NCBI GenBank assembly: GCA_042219045.1
Contig: JBDGQO010000048.1
Span: 10,195 to 24,518 of the forward strand
Length of the DNA stretch: 14,324 nucleotides
Reading direction: 5' to 3'
Source: Candidatus Bipolaricaulia bacterium
GTDB taxonomy: Bacteria > Bipolaricaulota > Bipolaricaulia > RBG-16-55-9
A program made the position numbers and the translations under genes. Below, one piece after another: positions 8,006 through 14,324 of this stretch (its first letter is position 1; each line of letters begins with the position of its first letter). The notes under the pieces are model-generated. The model was not told the origin of the DNA, made no database searches, and saw nothing but the letters and a program-made list of their open reading frames with translations.

Positions 8006-8782
8006 TTACAGGTTCTTCCAGTGACAGAGCCAGCGCTCCAGCCCTTCGACGATGAGATAGAGCGTCAGGCCGAGCAGCGCAATGGCCAGGATCCCGGCAA
8101 AGACCTTCTCGAAGCTGTAGATTTTGAAGGCGTTGTTGATATAGAAGCCGAGGCCGGCGAACTGGGACTCCCCCCCGCCGACGACCGTCTCGGCGAGGTA
8201 GACGGCGAAGATGCCCAGGCCGAGACTGATGCGCAGCCCGGAGAAGACGGCGGGCAACGCGCCCGGCAGCACGACGTGCCAATAGATCCCGCGGCGATTG
8301 ACGCCTGCGGCCAGCGCGCTCATGACGTAGTCTTTGGGCAGGTTGGCGGCCGCGTCCCGGACGGAGACCAACAGCTGGAAGAAGACGACGAGCACGATGA
8401 AGACGATCTTGGATATCAATGCGGTCGGGCCGAGCAGCATGAAGATGATGGGCCAGAACACGACCTTGGGGATCGGGTAGGCGATGTAGACGAGCGGGGT
8501 CAGCCACCGGCGGGCCCAGCGCTCGTAGCCGATGACGAGTCCCAAGGGCACCGCGGTCAGAATCGAAATCCCGAGGGCCGACAACAGCCGATAGCTCGTC
8601 CCCACGAAGTGGAACCCGATGTCCTGCCAATGGTTCCGGAACACGGCGATTGACTGCACGGGTCCGGGCAGGACGCGGGCTTGGAGAGGAGGCAACACGA
8701 GCGAGACGGCCCAACTGGCCAGCTGCCACAGGACCAACAGCGCCAGGACGGCCAGCCCGTAGTCGAGGACCTGGCGTTTCAT
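8006..8782 (-). CDS. ABC transporter permease, NitT/TauT/SsuC type
   Basis: About 6 TM segments; YPIPKVVFWP; EAA-like loop SALAAGV...HVVLPGALPAVFSGLRI; ATGA overlap with the ATPase. Confidence 0.9.
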   Translation of the reverse strand: MKRQVLDYGLAVLALLVLWQLASWAVSLVLPPLQARVLPGPVQSIAVFRNHWQDIGFHFVGTSYRLLSALGISILTAVPLGLVIGYERWARRWLTPLVYIAYPIPKVVFWPIIFMLLGPTALISKIVFIVLVVFFQLLVSVRDAAANLPKDYVMSALAAGVNRRGIYWHVVLPGALPAVFSGLRISLGLGIFAVYLAETVVGGGESQFAGLGFYINNAFKIYSFEKVFAGILAIALLGLTLYLIVEGLERWLCHWKNL

Positions 8783-9516
8783 GGATTGAGCGCTCCCCGC
8801 ACGGCCCGGACGGTCTCGAAAAACGCCTCGCTCTGGCGATAGGCTTCCGTGCCCATCTCGGGGTTGTCAATGACGTCGGCGATCTGTGTGGGGCGCGGCC
8901 CGAGCACGGCGATCCGCTGGCCGAGGAAGACGGCCTCCTCAATGTCGTGGGTCACGAGCAACGACGTGTAGCCGTGCGCGCGCCACAGCCCGAGCATGAG
9001 GTTCTGGGTCCGCTCCTTGGTGAGCGCGTCCAGCGCGGCCAGCGGCTCGTCCATGAGCAGGACGCCGGCGTTTTGGGCGAGCGCGCGCGCCAGGCCGACG
9101 CGCTTTTTCTCGCCGCCCGAGAGTTGGGCGGGGTAGCGGTCCTCCATGCCCTCCAGGCCCAGCTCACGCAGCGCCCACTTCACGCGGCGGAGCTGGCCCC
9201 GTTCGCCCAGATCCAGGCCGAACACGGCGTTGCGCCAGACCGTTTTCCAGGGCAGGAGCCCGGTCTCTTGCAGAATCAGCGCCACGTCGGATCGCGGCCC
9301 CTCGATCGGCCCGCCGTGGACGCGCACGTCGCCCTGGGTCGGACGGATCAGGCCGGACAAAACGTAGAGCAGGCTCGACTTGCCGCAGCCGGAAGGGCCA
9401 ATGATCGCCAGGCTCTCGCCGTCGGCGACGCGCAGCGACAGGTCGTCGATGACGAGTTGCTCGTCGCCCCCGCGGCGGGACGCAAAGGCCAGCTTCAGGT
9501 CATCGACCTCGATCAT
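8779..9516 (-). CDS. ABC transporter ATP-binding protein, NitT/TauT/SsuB type
   Basis: Walker A GPSGCGKS, signature LSGGE, Walker B LLMDEP, VTHDIEEAVFLG. Confidence 0.93.
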   Translation of the reverse strand: MIEVDDLKLAFASRRGGDEQLVIDDLSLRVADGESLAIIGPSGCGKSSLLYVLSGLIRPTQGDVRVHGGPIEGPRSDVALILQETGLLPWKTVWRNAVFGLDLGERGQLRRVKWALRELGLEGMEDRYPAQLSGGEKKRVGLARALAQNAGVLLMDEPLAALDALTKERTQNLMLGLWRAHGYTSLLVTHDIEEAVFLGQRIAVLGPRPTQIADVIDNPEMGTEAYRQSEAFFETVRAVRGALNP

Positions 9517-9587
9517 CAGATATCACTGGCACGCCCCGATCCGGGATCGACGGCCGAACGCTGGTGTCGAGGGCGCGTGCGTGACGG

Positions 9588-10649
9588 TTACGATGCTTGG
9601 CTCAAGACGCCGTCGAACGACTCCGTGACCGCGAGATCGAACGATGGGGGCTTGCTGACATAGGCCTTGTCCACGTTCCAGTCCGCCACGCGCTGGTATT
9701 CCTCGGCCGCGAGCGTTCGCGGCGCGGGGAACGTCGGAATCAGGTAGTTGGCGAAGAACTCGTCCGAGCCCGGCGGCAGCTCGTTCTTGTTCAAGCTGGG
9801 GAAGAAGAACTGCAGCGCGGCGTCGAGCGCGATGTTGACCGCCTGGTCCCGCTCCGTGTTGGCCAGTTCGGACGTGGCGGCCTGGTAGCCGCTGTAGAAC
9901 GCCTCGATCACGTCCGGATTGCCGTCGATGAGCTTGTTCTGGAAGACGAAGACGCTCGGCACCAGGTCGAGCTCGTCGAAGCTGGAAACGGTCTTCACGG
10001 GCGATCCGTTGGACTGGGTGATGATCTCCAAATACGACCCGGCCGGCTCCGGCAACGATCCGGACAGCCAGCTCCCGGACGCGATCAACGTCGCCAATTG
10101 GAGAACGTCGTTCCAATTCGCGTAGTATGCCGATTCGTTCACGGCCGTGTCGGTCGAGGCGATCAGGCGATCCGTCGCGAACTCGATGTCCGTTCGGCGG
10201 CTTAAGCCGATCGTTGATTCCCGCTGTGCCCCGTCGCCGAGCAGGCTAATCAGCTCGGAGAGGTCGTTGACGTTGGCCCAAGGCTGGACGATCATCGCGT
10301 AACGCCGTTGATCGACGGACTCGTAGGCGGTGCTCGTGATTTGGAGGGTGCCGTCGTTGGCCAGGAGCTGGACGACGGAGCTGATGTCGATCACGGCGCC
10401 GTCGACCGATCCCGTCAATAGGTTCGTGTTCCGCGCTGATACCTTGGAGAACGCGACCGGCTCCACCTGGAGGCCGTGATCGGGAAAGATGCCCTGGTCG
10501 TTGCCGAAGGCGATGGGCACGCTGTCGATCATGGGCGGTAAGCTGACCTTGAGCGTCGGCAGGGATTGCCCGCGCAGTCGCGGGCCGAACAGCGACGCAG
10601 TGGCGACCGTGCCCCCCAACGCGGTCAAGAACGAACGTCGTGTCAGAAT
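9588..10649 (-). CDS. ABC substrate-binding protein (NitT/TauT/NMT1-like) with Tat signal; probable non-canonical ATT start
   Basis: First gene of the ABC operon; in-frame ATT CTG ACA CGA CGT TCG TTC TTG gives (M)LTRRSFLTALGGTVATASL; SD GGAGGT 8 nt before ATT 10649; mature part D/E-rich. Confidence 0.8.
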   Translation of the reverse strand: MLTRRSFLTALGGTVATASLFGPRLRGQSLPTLKVSLPPMIDSVPIAFGNDQGIFPDHGLQVEPVAFSKVSARNTNLLTGSVDGAVIDISSVVQLLANDGTLQITSTAYESVDQRRYAMIVQPWANVNDLSELISLLGDGAQRESTIGLSRRTDIEFATDRLIASTDTAVNESAYYANWNDVLQLATLIASGSWLSGSLPEPAGSYLEIITQSNGSPVKTVSSFDELDLVPSVFVFQNKLIDGNPDVIEAFYSGYQAATSELANTERDQAVNIALDAALQFFFPSLNKNELPPGSDEFFANYLIPTFPAPRTLAAEEYQRVADWNVDKAYVSKPPSFDLAVTESFDGVLSQAS

Positions 10650-10673
10650 GACAGACCACCTCCCGGCCGAGGG

Positions 10674-10702
10674 ATTATAGCCGTTCGCGAGGCATGGAGC
10701 AA
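10674..10702 (-). promoter_or_regulatory. ABC operon promoter TTGCTC-N17-TATAAT
   Basis: Minus strand TTGCTC (10697-10702), perfect TATAAT (10674-10679). Confidence 0.7.
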
Positions 10703-10712
10703 TTGCGGCTCC

Positions 10713-13388
10713 CTAGGTTCCACAAGGCAGGGACGATGCGTCCTCGTCCATCATGGCGATGAACGCCTTGACGACGTCCGGATCGAACTGCGTGCCGGCG
10801 TTCTCGCGCAGCCGACGGACGGCTTCGTCATGGGGCAGCGCGTCCCGATACGGCCGATCGTTGGTCATGGCGTCGTAGGCGTCCACAACCGCGAAAATTC
10901 GGGCTTCGAGCGGGATCTGTTCGCCCGCCAAACCCTGCGGATAGCCCGCCCCGTCCCAGCGCTCGTGGTGGCAGTGCGGAATGGCGAGGGCGGGGTGGAG
11001 GAAGTCGATCGACTTGAGCAGCTCGTAGGCGTGGGCGGGGTGCTGCTTCATGACCTCCCATTCGTCGTCGTCCAGCTTCCCCGGTTTGTGCAGGATCGCA
11101 TCGGGCACGCCCATCTTGCCGATGTCGTGCAGGAGCGCTCCGCGATAGACGTGTTGCAAGTCGTCCTCGCCCATGGCGAACCATCGGGCCAATTTGAGTG
11201 TCCACTCGGCGGTGCGCTCCGTGTGCCCTTCGGTCTCCTTGTCCTTGAGCTCCAGCGCCTTGGCCCATCCGCCAATGGTCTTGTCGTAGGCTTGGCGCAG
11301 CTGCTCGTTGGCGCTCTGGAGGTCGCCGAGCAGCTGGACGTTGTCCAGCGACACGGCGGTCGTGTTGGCGATCAACGCCAGTAGCTCTTGCTCGGCTTCG
11401 GTGAATCGATTGGGGGCGCGGCTGTGCGCCTGGATGACGCCGACGACCTCGCCCTGCGAGGCCATGGGCGCGAGCAGGGCCGAGCGGGCCTGGGAATCGT
11501 CAGGGGGGGGCTCGTGGAGGGTCGGGGCCTCGTAGGACGTCGCGCGCAAGTCGTCGACGATCATCGGCTCCCCGCGGCGGATCACATCGCTGCGGAGGCC
11601 GTGTCCCTCGGGCTGCAACGGACGGGGCGGCGCCTCGTCAACGGGCAGTGCCTCGCCGTCGCGCAGCGCGTATTCCCAGTGGATCCGCTCGGTCTCGGCC
11701 TCAAAGCGGGAGATCGAGACGTCGCTGAGGTCCGGGATCAGATCGGTGATCGCAGCCGCCGTGCGCGCATGGATCTGCTCGGGGGCCGACTGGGTGGTGA
11801 GGTCCCATTCGAGCTGATTGACGGCGGTCAGCCGATCGACGTGTTCCAACAGATCCGACTCGGCCCGCTTGCGATCGGTGATGTCCAGATGGGCGACGAC
11901 GACCCCGGGCTCCGAGCCGGAAAACGGCGCGACGTGCAGCAAGTACCAGCGATCGCGGGCGTCGGGGTCGGGAGAGGGGTACTCGAGGTCGAAGCTGGAC
12001 TGCTCCCCCGACAGAACGGCCCGAATGCCGGCAAGCGCGTGCGGGGCTTCCTCGGCGCCTTGGCTGGAGGCAGCCCGACAGACGTCGAGGTATTTCTGGC
12101 CGACCCCCGTGCGCGACAGGTCCGGCTCGCCGTTGTCGCGGGAGTATTGGTCCCATTGGGCGTTTGTGCTGATGATCCAGCCCTCCTCGTCCACGACCGC
12201 GATGTTGGCGTCCAGCGAGTCGAGGACGCTCTGCGTAAAGCGCTGGCTCATGACGAGTTCGCGCTCGGCCTGCTTGCGCGCCGTGACGTCGCGCAGGATG
12301 GACAGGTGCAATCCCGGTTGGATGTGGGCCACGGCGCGAAACTCAACGTCCCGCTGACGCCCGTCGGCTCGAACGATCTGGAAGTCGCCGGAGTCATGAC
12401 CCTGCTGGAGGAAGGCGTTCCATGCTGCCTGGGCCTGGTCCCGATCGGCGTCCGGGGTGATGTCCCAGAGGCCCCTGCCGACCAGCTCATCGTGGGCCAT
12501 GCCGAACATCTCGCAGGCTGCGTCGTTCGCCTCCACGTATCGGGCGTCGTCGTCGGCCAAGAGAATCGCGTCGAGCGAGTTGTCGAAGATCGCTTGGAGT
12601 CGCTGTTGGCTGGACTTCAGCTCTCGCTCAGCCCGAACGCGCTCGGTCACATCCCGGCAGGTGTAGAGCACCGTGCCGCCGTAGATGTCGACGCGCTTGA
12701 TGTTGACCAGCAGGTCGTGGCGTCGGCCCTGTTGATCCGTGATCGGGTGTTCGACGTTGGCGATCTCGGCACGGTCGTGGAGCGGATGGTCGTCGATGAA
12801 TTGCTTGCCCAAGAGCTGATCGATGCTGCCCATCTCGCGGATCTCGGCGTCGCTGTAGCCGAAGATGTGCTGCGTGCTGCCGCTGACGTAGGTGAATTGG
12901 CCGTCATCGTCGGTGATGATCACGGCATCGGAGATGTTCGCTAATGTCAGCCGATGGGTTTCGGTCATCCGCTGGTAGGCCCGATGTGCCCGATGGCGTT
13001 GGATCGAATAGACGATGGCCCGCCGCAGCATTTCCGGGGTGAGCTGATCCTTAGTGAGGTAGTCGTCCGCGCCTTGCTGGATGGCCCTGGTGCCCATCTC
13101 CTCATCGGCCAGGCCGGTCAGGACGATGCAGGGCAGCTGGGGCGCGTGCTCGCGGACGCGAGTGAGCGTGGTGAGCCCGTGGCTGTCGGGAAGATTTAGA
13201 TCCAACAGAATGGCGTCGACGTTGTTTCCGGAAGCCCGGAAAGCCTCGGCCAGGGATTCGGCGACCGTGGCGCTGAAGTGGGGGCGGTCGGTCTCGCGGA
13301 GGTGCTCCTGGATCAAGCGCCGGTCGCCCGGGTTGTCCTCCACCAGGAGCAACGCGACCGGCTTGTGATGTTGCGTGCGTAGCGTCAA
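10713..13388 (-). CDS. REC-PAS-PAS-PAS-GAF-HD-GYP cyclic-dinucleotide phosphodiesterase response regulator, 891 aa
   Basis: TTG start behind GGGGAGGA; REC (VEDNPGD, LLDLNLPD, DYLTK); three PAS/PAC units ending RDVTER, RDVTAR, LDITDR; GAF (LLAPM...VGVI...FTEAEQELL); HD-GYP (EGHTER, LLHDIGK, HHERWDGAGYP, VVDAYDAMT.DRPYR). Confidence 0.92.
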   Translation of the reverse strand: MTLRTQHHKPVALLLVEDNPGDRRLIQEHLRETDRPHFSATVAESLAEAFRASGNNVDAILLDLNLPDSHGLTTLTRVREHAPQLPCIVLTGLADEEMGTRAIQQGADDYLTKDQLTPEMLRRAIVYSIQRHRAHRAYQRMTETHRLTLANISDAVIITDDDGQFTYVSGSTQHIFGYSDAEIREMGSIDQLLGKQFIDDHPLHDRAEIANVEHPITDQQGRRHDLLVNIKRVDIYGGTVLYTCRDVTERVRAERELKSSQQRLQAIFDNSLDAILLADDDARYVEANDAACEMFGMAHDELVGRGLWDITPDADRDQAQAAWNAFLQQGHDSGDFQIVRADGRQRDVEFRAVAHIQPGLHLSILRDVTARKQAERELVMSQRFTQSVLDSLDANIAVVDEEGWIISTNAQWDQYSRDNGEPDLSRTGVGQKYLDVCRAASSQGAEEAPHALAGIRAVLSGEQSSFDLEYPSPDPDARDRWYLLHVAPFSGSEPGVVVAHLDITDRKRAESDLLEHVDRLTAVNQLEWDLTTQSAPEQIHARTAAAITDLIPDLSDVSISRFEAETERIHWEYALRDGEALPVDEAPPRPLQPEGHGLRSDVIRRGEPMIVDDLRATSYEAPTLHEPPPDDSQARSALLAPMASQGEVVGVIQAHSRAPNRFTEAEQELLALIANTTAVSLDNVQLLGDLQSANEQLRQAYDKTIGGWAKALELKDKETEGHTERTAEWTLKLARWFAMGEDDLQHVYRGALLHDIGKMGVPDAILHKPGKLDDDEWEVMKQHPAHAYELLKSIDFLHPALAIPHCHHERWDGAGYPQGLAGEQIPLEARIFAVVDAYDAMTNDRPYRDALPHDEAVRRLRENAGTQFDPDVVKAFIAMMDEDASSLPCGT

Positions 13389-13475
13389 GTGTTCCTCCCC
13401 TCGTAGCGGTGGCGATACATGGCCGCATCGGCTTCGGCGATCAGCTCGTCGACGCTCCGCGTCTGTTCCGGTGGC

Positions 13476-13500
13476 CGATAAGCGGCCCCGACGCTTATCG
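13476..13500. repeat. perfect 9-bp inverted repeat CGATAAGCG-N7-CGCTTATCG
   Basis: Arms 13476-13484 and 13492-13500; one arm contains the premature TAA of the GGDEF frame. Confidence 0.85.
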
Positions 13501-13521
13501 ACAATTGGTGGTTACTTTTTC

Positions 13522-13550
13522 ATGATAACAGATTTGCTTCGTGTTGTCGA
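13522..13550 (-). promoter_or_regulatory. putative internal promoter TCGACA-N17-TATCAT (extended -10 TG) inside the GGDEF gene, facing the HD-GYP gene
   Basis: Minus strand TCGACA 13545-13550 and TGtTATCAT (-10 at 13522-13527), in a patch with 13 G+C in 40 nt (13501-13540). Confidence 0.5.
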
Positions 13551-14274
13551 GGAGACGCGACACGAGGCGATCTGTGTCCGACTCGTCGACGTTGGTGGCG
13601 ATGACCACAAACTCGTCGCCGCCCCAGCGCCCGAGGACGTCCGAGGCGCGGAACGTGGTGCTCAGCGCCTCCGCCACCCGTTCCAGCGCCGCGTCGCCCG
13701 CTGCATGCCCCGCCGTATCGTTGATGCTCTTGAGGTTGTTGACGTCGATGAAGAGCAGCAGATAGCCCTGGCCGCTCCGGCTGCACAATTGATCATGCTG
13801 ATTCGCGGCCTCGCGGAACCCCCGTCGATTGAGCAGCCCGGTCAGATGATCGATATGGGCCAGCTCGAGGAGGTCGCGTTGGGCTTGATGCCGCTCGAGG
13901 GCGTGGCGCAGGGTGGTTACCAGTCGCGGCCCGTCCACGTCGCCCTTGACGAGGTAGTCCTGCGCCCCGCGTCGGACCGCCGCGAGGCCGGTCTCGTCGT
14001 CGGCGATCGCGGTCAGCACGACGATGGGGACGAGCGGCGCCTGCTCGTGGAGCGTGTCGAACGTCGCGAGTTGACGGCTGTCGGGCAGGTTGAGGTCGGT
14101 CAGGACGAGGCCGATGTTGTCGCCGTGTAGGCGTTCGAGGCCCGCTCGGAGCGAGTCGACGTGTATCAGCTGGAACGGCTGCTCCGTGGCCTCCGCGAGC
14201 AGCTCGCGGATGAGCCGCGCGTCGCCCGGATTGTCCTCAATCAGCAGCAGCTTCGTGGCCTCGCCCACACGCGA

Positions 14275-14324
14275 TCATCCACTCGACGGCAGCTTGACGA
14301 TGGTGAACCAGAACTCGTCGATGG
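14275..14324 (-). CDS. 3' end of an Rcp1-like single-domain response regulator (partial)
   Basis: Reads IDEFWFTIVKLPSSG*, matching the I..FW....KLP C-terminus of Rcp1/CheY-like receivers; stop is 6 nt before the REC-GGDEF GTG. Confidence 0.7.
   Translation of the reverse strand, partial: IDEFWFTIVKLPSSG

Larger units (their letters stand above)
13385..14268 (-). pseudogene. REC-GGDEF diguanylate cyclase interrupted by a -1 frameshift near its 3' end (294 aa if restored)
   Basis: REC (IEDNPGD, LTDLNLPD, DYLVK); DHLTGLLNRR, DVNNLKSINDTAGHAAGD, I-site RASD, RWGGDEF. Frame 0 stops at 13495; the -1 frame continues KSNHQLSISVGAAYRPPEQTRSVDELIAEADAAMYRHRYEGRNT* to TGA 13385-13387. May be programmed, a real lesion or a sequencing error. 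Confidence 0.85.

Noticed and set aside
10650..10715. Read-through of the HD-GYP TAG into the in-frame SBP gene (fusion or amber recoding)
   Set aside because: The frames are continuous, but the gap holds its own promoter and SD, and a Tat signal must be N-terminal; being in frame is a one-in-three chance
13495..13545. AT-rich patch as a DGR variable region or mobile-element scar
   Set aside because: No template repeat or reverse transcriptase in the window, no target-site duplication, and the spacing to the GGDEF C-terminal motifs looks normal
1060..14130. Long alternative-frame ORFs (e.g. 1060..2568, 2858..3958, 4314..5429, 7908..8942, 11388..12944, 13375..14130)
   Set aside because: Overlap well-supported genes and have the R/G/A/P-rich or antisense composition expected from high-GC codon bias

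Overview
GC-rich bacterial chromosomal window of mostly housekeeping and metabolic genes. No CRISPR array, integrase or transposase is visible. In order: tRNA-Ser(GGA); a small exported/membrane protein; a decayed GNAT acetyltransferase remnant (-); nhaA; a gabT-like class-III aminotransferase (-); an archaeal-GlmU-like nucleotidyl/acetyltransferase; a CMD-family protein; an alpha/beta hydrolase; a stand-alone infA (-); an NAD kinase (-); a NitT/TauT-type ABC importer (-); and the 3' part of a c-di-GMP signalling operon (-: Rcp1-like receiver, REC-GGDEF, REC-PAS3-GAF-HD-GYP). Four features stand out. (1) The REC-GGDEF cyclase is split by a -1 frameshift at an A5 run. The run lies in an AT-rich patch that also forms a near-consensus internal promoter and is followed by a perfect 9-bp inverted repeat, and the restored frame is coupled to the opposing HD-GYP phosphodiesterase. 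(2) The ABC substrate-binding protein has a Tat signal that can only be translated from a non-canonical ATT (or CTG) start. (3) Almost every gene has its own sigma70-like promoter, and seven of ten have an 18-bp spacer. (4) The nhaA and infA leaders are structured, with 5' ends able to pair with the SD. All protein assignments come from motifs recognised by eye; no database search was run.
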